Shown piece by piece: positions 8,376-16,251 of a stretch of DNA of 64,000 nt. Position 1 is the stretch's first letter, and each line of letters opens with the position of its first letter. The position numbers and the translations under genes were made by a program. The stretch covers positions 38,681 to 102,680 of the forward strand of contig CAWVVV010000006.1 of NCBI GenBank assembly GCA_963933835.1, in the 5' to 3' direction. Below the pieces are notes generated by a model. That model worked only from the letters and a program-made list of their open reading frames with translations, had not been told where the DNA came from and made no database searches. This stretch comes from an uncultured Puniceicoccaceae bacterium. GTDB lineage: Bacteria; Verrucomicrobiota; Verrucomicrobiia; Opitutales; Oceanipulchritudinaceae.

Positions 8376-9221
8376 ATGGTTTATTTATGGATAGTGACGG
8401 TGTTGTGGGCATTTTCATTTAGCTTCATCGGGGTGTATCTTTCGGGGCAGGTGGATAGCTACTTCATGGTGCTGATGCGCTTGGTCTTGGCCGCGGTCGC
8501 GTTTCTACCGTTTGTCCTCCGGGCGCGGGTCGAGGCGAAGCTGGCGCTGCAGCTGATGGGCATCGGGGCGGTGCAGCTGGGGATGATGTATCTGTTTTAT
8601 TACAACAGCTTTCTATTGCTCAGTGTGCCAGAGGTGTTGCTCTTCACCATCTTCACCCCGCTCTACGTCACCCTGATGCACGATTTGGCGGCGCGGCGGT
8701 TTTCGCCGGTATATTTAGGCACGGCGCTCTTGACCGTGATCGGGACGGCGGTGATACGCTGGGGTGGACTGACGAATGATTACTGGATCGGCTTCCTTGT
8801 CGTGCAGGGAGCGAATCTCTGTTTCGCCTTTGGGCAAGTGGCCTACAAGCGAGTCTTTGCGGAGCGCCCATCGTTGCCCCAGTACCAGACTTTTGGATAC
8901 TTCTTTATCGGTGCGAGTATCGTCGCACTGGTGGCCTATGGATTACTGGGTGAAGCGAAGTATCCGACAACAGGCCTGCAGTGGGGACTTCTCGTGTGGC
9001 TAGGGCTGGGAGCGAGTGGGCTTGGATACTACCTTTGGAACTATGGCGCGAGTCAGGTGAACGCAGGAACACTCGCTGTGATGAACAACGCCTTGGTGCC
9101 TGCAGGGCTACTTGTGAATCTTCTCATCTGGAATCGTGAAGTTGACTTCGTGCGGCTGCTAGCGGGCGGTGTGCTGATCGTCGGCGCGCTGATGATTAGT
9201 TTAAAGAGAAGTAATGAATGA
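8376..9221 (+). CDS. EamA/DMT family transporter (YigM/MadN-like)
   Basis: About 10 TM helices; LWAFSFS..G.YL.G.VDSYF, PEVLLFTIFTPLYVTL, SGLGYYLWNYGA. Confidence 0.9.
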   Translation: MVYLWIVTVLWAFSFSFIGVYLSGQVDSYFMVLMRLVLAAVAFLPFVLRARVEAKLALQLMGIGAVQLGMMYLFYYNSFLLLSVPEVLLFTIFTPLYVTLMHDLAARRFSPVYLGTALLTVIGTAVIRWGGLTNDYWIGFLVVQGANLCFAFGQVAYKRVFAERPSLPQYQTFGYFFIGASIVALVAYGLLGEAKYPTTGLQWGLLVWLGLGASGLGYYLWNYGASQVNAGTLAVMNNALVPAGLLVNLLIWNREVDFVRLLAGGVLIVGALMISLKRSNE

Positions 9222-9247
9222 TGATGACCGTGCAGGTGCGGCTTTTC

Positions 9248-9273
9248 CATTCATCACTCAAAATTCATCATTC
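9248..9273. repeat. 26-bp ATTCATC-type repeat, inverted partner of 10608-10633
   Basis: CATTCATCACTCAAAATTCATCATTC; its reverse complement matches 10608-10633 at 25/26. Confidence 0.8.
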
Positions 9274-9281
9274 ATAATGGG

Positions 9282-10559
9282 TCAGATCTTCTTGAGCCCG
9301 CTCGTCAGGACATCGATCGCTTTGTCGATATCGGCGTCGGTATGGGCTGCTGAGAGGAAGCAGGTTTCGTAAGCGCTAGGTGGCAAGTAGACACCGTGTT
9401 CGAGGGCGTAGTGGAAAAGGGGCTTAAAGTGGTCGGTCTTACTCGCGACGGCGTCGTCGTAGTTGCGCACCGTTTCTTCGGCAAAGAAGAGGGCAAACAT
9501 CGAGCCAGTCTGCGGGACTTGAAGCGGTAGGCCTTTTTCGGCGGCTGTGGTGCGGAGAGCTTCGGCGATGCGGCGACCTTTGGCGTCGAGGTCGTCAAAG
9601 GGATCGAGGGCTTCGAGCTCGTTGAGGGCGGCAAGGCCAGCGGCCATCGCGAGGGGATTGCCGGAAAGAGTGCCTGCTTGGTAGACGGGGCCAAGCGGGG
9701 CGAGGTAGTCCATGATATCGGCGCGGCCACCAAAAGCGCCGACGGGGAGTCCTCCGCCGATGACTTTTCCCATCGCGGTGAGGTCGGGACGGAGGTTTTC
9801 GATCGATTGTACTCCGCCAAGAGCGAGGCGGAAGCCGGTCATGACTTCGTCGTAGATGAGAACAGTGCGGTGGGCGTCACAGAGCTTTCGAAGGTGCGCG
9901 AGAAAGCCGGGGTCTGGCAGGATCAAGCCGCAGTTCGCGGGGTAGCTCTCGACGATGAGGGCGGCGAGTTCTGGGCCGTGCTCAGCAAACGCGGCATCGA
10001 GGGCGGCGGTATCATTGTAAGGGAGGACGATGGTGAGGGCTGCGAGCTCTTCCGGAATGCCCGCGCTGTCGGGGTTGCCCAGAGTGAGTGCACCCGAACC
10101 AGCTTTGACCAAGAGCGAGTCGACGTGACCGTGATAGCAACCGGCAAACTTGATCACCTTTTTCCGCCCGGTAAAACCGCGAGCGAGGCGTATGCAGCTA
10201 AGGCAGGCTTCAGTGCCACTGTTTACAAAGCGGATTTTTTCAACGCTTTCGACGAACTCGACGACTTTCTCGGCGATCTCGACTTCGGTCGAATTGGGGG
10301 TGCCAAAACTGGTTCCTTTGAGCGCCGCGGCTGCAACTGCTTCGTGAATTTTCGGGTGGTTGTGTCCGAGGATTGCCGGACCCCATGTGCAGACAAAGTC
10401 GAGAAGCTCGTCACCGTCGGCGGTCGTAAGGCGCGCACCATCAGCGCTTGCGGTAAAGAAAGGAGAACCGCCGACACTACGAAAGGCGCGCACAGGGCTG
10501 TTGACGCCACCGGGCATAATCTTTTTTGCCCGCTCGAAAAGGTCCGATGAAGTGCTCAT
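9282..10559 (-). CDS. hemL: Glutamate-1-semialdehyde 2,1-aminomutase
   Basis: [56 protein letters not shown]. Confidence 0.98.
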   Translation of the reverse strand: MSTSSDLFERAKKIMPGGVNSPVRAFRSVGGSPFFTASADGARLTTADGDELLDFVCTWGPAILGHNHPKIHEAVAAAALKGTSFGTPNSTEVEIAEKVVEFVESVEKIRFVNSGTEACLSCIRLARGFTGRKKVIKFAGCYHGHVDSLLVKAGSGALTLGNPDSAGIPEELAALTIVLPYNDTAALDAAFAEHGPELAALIVESYPANCGLILPDPGFLAHLRKLCDAHRTVLIYDEVMTGFRLALGGVQSIENLRPDLTAMGKVIGGGLPVGAFGGRADIMDYLAPLGPVYQAGTLSGNPLAMAAGLAALNELEALDPFDDLDAKGRRIAEALRTTAAEKGLPLQVPQTGSMFALFFAEETVRNYDDAVASKTDHFKPLFHYALEHGVYLPPSAYETCFLSAAHTDADIDKAIDVLTSGLKKI

Positions 10560-10607
10560 AGCTCAAAGAATGCTGGATGGGATGCAGGAGGAAAGGGGGA
10601 AAGTGGC

Positions 10608-10633
10608 GAATGATGAATTTTGAGTGGTGAATG
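10608..10633. repeat. 26-bp repeat, inverted partner of 9248-9273
   Basis: GAATGATGAATTTTGAGTGGTGAATG. Confidence 0.8.
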
Positions 10634-10673
10634 AGTGCTCGTATCTTGTTTCTCGAAGCGCCCAGCTTTTCGT

Positions 10674-12152
10674 CTAGCGCAGCAACTGGGCTTCGAGTTC
10701 TGGCTGAAGAGCTTTGGCGGTGGCGGGGCGGAACTGATCGCCGATCGGGAGGATGGCACCGATCGTGAGGTCGTTGATGAGGATGCCGCGTTGCGATTCG
10801 ACCATGATGCCGAGGAGCTCTCCGGACTGCGCAAAGATGTAGTCACCACGATTGGGTTGGAACTCACCCGTCAGCTGGTTGATGAGATTGCGATCAACTC
10901 CGACATACCCCTCTCCGCCCGGAAGAAGACGGAAGTCAGTGAGGCCATAGGCTCCGAGGGTGTGGGAGATGAGAACGGCCTGCTGAAACCGAAAAGGTTC
11001 CGTGCTCAGACTGAAGGTTTCACTCAGGAGCGCGGGATCACGCGTTGGCATGAGTTCGATGACGATGAGGCGCGGGTCGGCGGCAAGGAAGCTGAGGCGA
11101 GTGATGGGGAGACGGCGCCCATTGTTCATGATCGATCCATCGATGCCGACGACTTGATCCAAATTGTTAATACGGAAGGGTGCCCGTGACTCTTCGAAGA
11201 TAATGTAGCGTTTCCCATTCGAGTTGATCGCAACGGCGTCGAGGGTAGCGGTTTGTGATCGAGTGCCGAGAAGCCCGCTGATGTCGGCCGTCATTGAAAT
11301 ATTGATACGGTTTTGTTCGTAACGGCGAAAGATCTCGTTCGAGGAGATGGGCTGGTTGGCTTTGATCTCGGCTTGAATGGCTTCGGAGCTTTGGGCGATT
11401 TTCGTCAGATCGGTAGCGAGTTGGCTTGCGCGGCGTTCGGCTTCGGTGCGTTCGGCGCGGGTTTGGCTCAATTCATCGCGAGTAAATTGCAGGCTTTTGT
11501 CGAGCTGAGCACGTTCGGATTGAGCGACTTCGAGGGAGGTCGCAAGAGAGGCGCGTTCCTCGGCGAGCCGGGTGGCTTCAGCTTGAGCTTCGTTGATGGC
11601 GGCTTGGGCGGCGTGCAGCTCGGCTTGTTGGGCGTCGAGGGAGGCCTTTAGCGCAGCGGTCTCAGCCGTTTGGTTTGCGAGATTCTCAGTCAGCGTTGTT
11701 TTTTCCTCGGCTAAAGCGGACCGCTCAGCGGCAAGGCGTTCACGCTCGCGGGCGGTGAGTTCGAGTTCCTCGCTGGTCGATTCCAGGGTGCTACGCGTTT
11801 CTGAGAGGGTAATGCTGGTCTCGGCTTTTTCGCGGGCGAGGCGTTCACGTTCTTTCTCAAGCTCAGATTTTTCTTCGATGAGATTTTCCTTCTCAGCGCT
11901 AAGCTTTGATCGCGCGGATTCCGTTAGTGTGAGGTTGGCGGCGAGTTCGGTGCGTTCTTCCTCAAGTTGGGCTCGTTTGATGGCTTCGATTTCGAGGGAG
12001 TTTTGAAGCAACTCCATGAGGTCTTCCGAAACGCCTTCCTCGATCTCAGCGGCAATGACCGGATCGGTCGTGGGCGCAGGATCGAACTTCACCAGCGCGA
12101 GCACGCTGATGAGGAGAAAGTCGCAAATGATGAGAAGGAGCGATTTATTCAT
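10674..12152 (-). CDS. Hypothetical protein: N-terminal TM with Asp, long coiled coil, C-terminal globular domain
   Basis: LLLIICDFLLISVLAL; about 220 aa E/A/L/R-rich heptads; ATGA overlap with upstream gene. Confidence 0.85.
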   Translation of the reverse strand: MNKSLLLIICDFLLISVLALVKFDPAPTTDPVIAAEIEEGVSEDLMELLQNSLEIEAIKRAQLEEERTELAANLTLTESARSKLSAEKENLIEEKSELEKERERLAREKAETSITLSETRSTLESTSEELELTARERERLAAERSALAEEKTTLTENLANQTAETAALKASLDAQQAELHAAQAAINEAQAEATRLAEERASLATSLEVAQSERAQLDKSLQFTRDELSQTRAERTEAERRASQLATDLTKIAQSSEAIQAEIKANQPISSNEIFRRYEQNRINISMTADISGLLGTRSQTATLDAVAINSNGKRYIIFEESRAPFRINNLDQVVGIDGSIMNNGRRLPITRLSFLAADPRLIVIELMPTRDPALLSETFSLSTEPFRFQQAVLISHTLGAYGLTDFRLLPGGEGYVGVDRNLINQLTGEFQPNRGDYIFAQSGELLGIMVESQRGILINDLTIGAILPIGDQFRPATAKALQPELEAQLLR

Positions 12153-13714
12153 CGCGAAGGAGCGTGGGCGTCGGCTGCGACGATGAGGCGACGGCGATAA
12201 GGGCGGAGGAATCCAATCTTGAGCACAGCGACAAAGACGATGCCAAAGAGGGTGGATGCGTAGGCTGCCATAAGGGACGCATCGATGAATTCGAGCACAA
12301 CCATGACGAGAGAACTCACCGTGCCACCGAGGCCGACGTAGAGCCCGAGATCAAAGACGATTCCCTGAAGGACGAGGAAGAGGAGAAGGACGAGGATGGT
12401 GACTTGATCAAACATGGTAGAAGTGGTGTCTGGGCTGAGCCCCTCGGGGAGGACGCTTGCTATTTGGATGCGGAGTTGCCCGTTTTCGTTCGGAGCAAAA
12501 TCGAGAAGGGTTGGTTCGGAAAGAATCCAGATGAGGGCGGCGAAGCCTACGCCCGCGGAGGCGTGAAAGAGGTGGACGAGTCGACCGCTTGGGATGCGGG
12601 TGTCGGCTTTGAGCCCTATACTGAGAATGGCCCCGAGGGAGAGGGTGAGAAAAAAGCCGGCTAAACAGAGAGCGCCGCCCTTGATCGCTTTGGCGAGTGT
12701 GGTCTGGCTCTCAGCAAAGTTTTTGAGCTCTTGCTGGGATTCTTCGAGGAAATTGAATTGGAGGTAACTAGGAGCAGCGTAGAGGGGCTGAAAAAAGTGG
12801 AGCATGGCCATGGCAGCGCCTTCTCCTTCTGAGTTTGCGAGTTTCATAACCACCCATGCGTCGTCACCGCGCTCGATGGCATAGGTAGCAACAGCAGCGG
12901 GTTGTCTAGTGAGTAGGCTGGCGGTGTAGAGCTGGGTAAAGTGATCCTCGGCGAGTTGGGCTGCTGAGTGCATCGCTCGCAGTGCTTCGAGGTCGGGAAG
13001 CATTTTTAGAAGTGTCGTCAGTTGAGACCAGTTGGTGCGGCTGGCTAGGGTCAGGAGCGCGGTGTAAGTGTCTTCGAGGGGTTTGATCTGTGCCGGATCC
13101 TTGAGTGCCGCCGTGCTCATATCGAGCAATTCGCGGTCGATCACGTCAGCCCAGACGGCTTCTTCCGCAAGCAGCGCAATCGTGAGGATGATGGCTTCAA
13201 GTGGTTGGCCTGCGTCCGAGCTCACGGGAAGAAATGTTTCGTAGCTTTGAAGTGAGGCGGTGCGAAGGAGGAATTTGACAGTGGGCTTGTCGGACAGCCT
13301 GAGGGCCTTTTTTAAAGCAGCTCGCCGGTCACGAGGGAGTAGGAGAGAGACGGTGTTTGAGCTCTTAGATGCGTCGATGGTGAATGGTTCCATGACGGCG
13401 CTGAGCAGTGAGGCCGGGCCTCCATAGACAGCAAGGAGCGGGCGATTAGCTTCAATCGCTGCTATCGTCATATCTAAATTCAACTTCGCTGGTGAATCGA
13501 GAAGGGACGCGAGGATAAGTTTGGCGGGGCCTATCTGGCCGACATCGAGGTAGTCACCTGCGAGCGATTCCGCACTGGGAGTTCCCTCAGCCGCTTCGCT
13601 GAGAATGAGAGGCGACACGGAGCGGAAATGGATGGGCACACTCAATCCGGCCCACGCAAAGAGGAGGGCGGCGACACCGTAGGCGAGAGCTCTCAGAAGT
13701 GGCCGAATGCGCAT
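12149..13714 (-). CDS. Hypothetical membrane protein with MotA/TolQ/ExbB-like C-terminal helix pair
   Basis: Start MRIRPLL; C-terminal GLYVGLGGTV...AAYASTLFGI. Confidence 0.8.
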   Translation of the reverse strand: MRIRPLLRALAYGVAALLFAWAGLSVPIHFRSVSPLILSEAAEGTPSAESLAGDYLDVGQIGPAKLILASLLDSPAKLNLDMTIAAIEANRPLLAVYGGPASLLSAVMEPFTIDASKSSNTVSLLLPRDRRAALKKALRLSDKPTVKFLLRTASLQSYETFLPVSSDAGQPLEAIILTIALLAEEAVWADVIDRELLDMSTAALKDPAQIKPLEDTYTALLTLASRTNWSQLTTLLKMLPDLEALRAMHSAAQLAEDHFTQLYTASLLTRQPAAVATYAIERGDDAWVVMKLANSEGEGAAMAMLHFFQPLYAAPSYLQFNFLEESQQELKNFAESQTTLAKAIKGGALCLAGFFLTLSLGAILSIGLKADTRIPSGRLVHLFHASAGVGFAALIWILSEPTLLDFAPNENGQLRIQIASVLPEGLSPDTTSTMFDQVTILVLLLFLVLQGIVFDLGLYVGLGGTVSSLVMVVLEFIDASLMAAYASTLFGIVFVAVLKIGFLRPYRRRLIVAADAHAPSR

Positions 13715-13830
13715 TGTCTCGAATTTGTAATGATTTGGTGCCTTTTGCAATAGCCACAACGAGTGGCGCACCGCTTAAGCTTCCACGAAATACCCTTTAC
13801 AGTTTTCATGCGTGGCAATGTTTTTGGCAG

Positions 13831-14394
13831 ATGGTTCTACGCGTGACTCAGTATGGTGAGGACGTGCTCCGTCAAAAAGGGGAGCGTGTGACGGTCTATG
13901 ATGAAGGCCTTGTCAAACTGGCCGACGACATGGTCGAGACGATGTATGAGTCTGAGGGTATCGGTCTCGCCGCCCAGCAGATCGGCATCGCGATTCAGCT
14001 CTGTGTCATTGATATCGCGGACATGGATCCTGGGCTCCTGCACTATGAGTTTGATGGCAAGCGTCCACCGATCGATCTGATTATGCCTATGGCCTTAGTG
14101 AATCCGGTGGTGCGTGTCATTGAAGGGAAGACGTCAACGGAGGAAGAAGGGTGTCTATCGTTTCCAAATGTGCGCGGCGATGTTTCCCGAGGAGACGAGA
14201 TCGAAGTAACTTTCCAAGACCTAGATGGCGCTTTCCATAATTTGAAGACGCGTGGGTGGTATGCTCGGGTGGTGCAACATGAAGTCGATCACCTCAACGG
14301 GGTTCTCTTCATTGACCACATGGAAACGCGAGAGCTGCGGCAGCTCGACTCCAAGATTAAGAAGATTCGCCGCGCATCCAAAAAACTCAAATGA
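13831..14394 (+). CDS. def: Peptide deformylase
   Basis: GIGLAAQQIG, EGCLSFP, QHEVDHLNG. Confidence 0.97.
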   Translation: MVLRVTQYGEDVLRQKGERVTVYDEGLVKLADDMVETMYESEGIGLAAQQIGIAIQLCVIDIADMDPGLLHYEFDGKRPPIDLIMPMALVNPVVRVIEGKTSTEEEGCLSFPNVRGDVSRGDEIEVTFQDLDGAFHNLKTRGWYARVVQHEVDHLNGVLFIDHMETRELRQLDSKIKKIRRASKKLK

Positions 14395-14780
14395 TCCGCC
14401 AAACTCGGCAACGGGAGGCGATCTCGCAGGCGCTCAAGGCCGCCCAACGCCCTCTCACTCCTCAAGAGCTCCATGGTCTGGCCGTAGAGACTCTTCCAAG
14501 CCTTGGGCTTAGAACTGTATACAGGCAGATTCGGGAACTTGTTGCCGCCGGTGAAATTGTCGGCATCGACTATCCAGGGCAGCCCCTGCGTTATGAAGCG
14601 GTCACGGGTGAACACCGAGCCCACTATATTTGCCGGGATTGCGATCGTATCTTTTCCTTCCCGCAAAATGTGCCGGACGTAGACATAGCGCCCCTGAGTA
14701 ATTTCGAGGTCAGTGGGCAAGAAACGATCTTTTATGGTCGCGGCCGTGGGCTTTGCTCTAAGTGCGGGCTTGATGAGTAG
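14391..14780 (+). CDS. Fur family transcriptional regulator
   Basis: TRQREAI, SLGLRTVYR, HRAHYICRDC, C-terminal CSKC; ATGA overlap with def. Confidence 0.92.
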   Translation: MIRQTRQREAISQALKAAQRPLTPQELHGLAVETLPSLGLRTVYRQIRELVAAGEIVGIDYPGQPLRYEAVTGEHRAHYICRDCDRIFSFPQNVPDVDIAPLSNFEVSGQETIFYGRGRGLCSKCGLDE

Positions 14781-15114
14781 ATCAGGCTTCGGCACTTCGA
14801 ACTAAGGCTTCGAGTGTATTCATGATGCCACTACGTGAGCTCATTGCGTGATGCAGGGTTCTGTATTTGTTTATAACAATTTTATAAACGCTTCTGCATC
14901 TGTCATTGGTTGTTCATTACGAACTATTTACGTTGTGCATTTTACATCTTTTTGTAGGTGTTTTTTCTCGACGAGTACGCAAAAATACTTATCCATTTAA
15001 ATCATCAAAAGCCACTACAGGCTGCTGATCGATCCCGTAGAAAGGTGAGAGACTCTTACGGATGGAACAAAGAGAGAAACAAGTAACCGCAAATTTTTGA
15101 GAGAAAACTGTCTA

Positions 15115-15735
15115 ATGAATACTAAAACCATTTCCGCCCTCGCAGCGTTCACAATCGCATCGATGCTCCAAGCTGAGCTCTTCGTTGATACCCTTGCTGC
15201 AACTGATTTAACTGGCGATAGCGCACTTTTAAACATGACTGTGTCGGGCGATGTCCCAGGAACACGGTTTGTTGCTCAGATGTTCGACTTTGGGATTTCC
15301 TCGGGAAGTCTTAATCAGCATGTGAGCGGATACGACTACGGTAAATCACTCGTCTTCGATCCTATTGCTGGTGAAAACGTCATCATCGAGTCTTACAATG
15401 TTCGTGATCGCGACGCTGTCTTTGAAGTGATCGACGTGAACACGCTCTATAACTTTCAAACCTTGCAGCAAATGAGTGCATCAGCACCGCTGACACTCAA
15501 TCTTTGGAATCTCCCACCGGAAACAACCTACTACGTTCAAGCCTCGGCAATGGAAATAGCTACGGGGATTGTTTATCTGGGTGATGAACTCAGCTTCACG
15601 ACGCCGTCGTATGCAGATGGCGGATTTGGCATCCAATTTGGAAGCGGCGGGTCGATTCCTGAGCCTTCATCAATTGGACTCTGGATTGGCTTGGGGATGA
15701 TCGGGATGATCGCTCGCCGCCGTCAGCGCCGCTAA
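15115..15735 (+). CDS. PEP-CTERM sorted surface protein
   Basis: Signal peptide; C-terminal IPEPSS + TM helix + RRRQRR. Confidence 0.9.
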   Translation: MNTKTISALAAFTIASMLQAELFVDTLAATDLTGDSALLNMTVSGDVPGTRFVAQMFDFGISSGSLNQHVSGYDYGKSLVFDPIAGENVIIESYNVRDRDAVFEVIDVNTLYNFQTLQQMSASAPLTLNLWNLPPETTYYVQASAMEIATGIVYLGDELSFTTPSYADGGFGIQFGSGGSIPEPSSIGLWIGLGMIGMIARRRQRR

Positions 15736-15789
15736 AACTTTTCTGAACCGACTATTCTTCTCGGAAAAAGCAGTACTCTCATCTCTTAG

Positions 15790-16251
15790 TTATTGGTATA
15801 CTACGCTCAGGCGATAACCGGAATTTCCGGTTATCGCCTGAAGTGTTTTTTCAGCCTCACGCATCGCGGAACGATCATTTTCAGAGCGGTCATCAAGCCC
15901 TGCGAGATGAAGCCAGCCGTGAAGAAGGTAGAGTGTGAGCTCTTCGGGAAAAGTGGTCCCATAGTCAGGGGCTTGTGATGCTGCGTGGGCCGGACAGATC
16001 GCAAGGTCGCCGGCATATTTGTCTTCGACGTCTCCGGGAAAGGTCATCACATCAGTGATCGAGGGATCATTGAAGAAGGTAGCATGAAGCTCGCTGCAGC
16101 GCTCTTTGGTAACAAAAGCGACCGAAAGGTCACCGCTTGGAAGGGTCCACTGGGTGACCTCAGCATCTAGAAAGTGGAGAAGCTTTTCAACCGATTCGAC
16201 ATCGATGGCTAAGGCGTCGTCTTCGACTAAAACTTCAATTTGACGGAGCAT
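15790..16251 (-). CDS. ybeY: rRNA maturation RNase YbeY
   Basis: TDVMTF, GDLAIC, HGWLHLAGLDD; phoH-HD-ybeY context. Confidence 0.92.
   Translation of the reverse strand: MLRQIEVLVEDDALAIDVESVEKLLHFLDAEVTQWTLPSGDLSVAFVTKERCSELHATFFNDPSITDVMTFPGDVEDKYAGDLAICPAHAASQAPDYGTTFPEELTLYLLHGWLHLAGLDDRSENDRSAMREAEKTLQAITGNSGYRLSVVYQ

Noticed and set aside
10674..13714. Zorya anti-phage system
   Set aside because: The coiled coil is on the B-like subunit, there is no OmpA-like peptidoglycan-binding domain, and no zorC/D/E neighbours.
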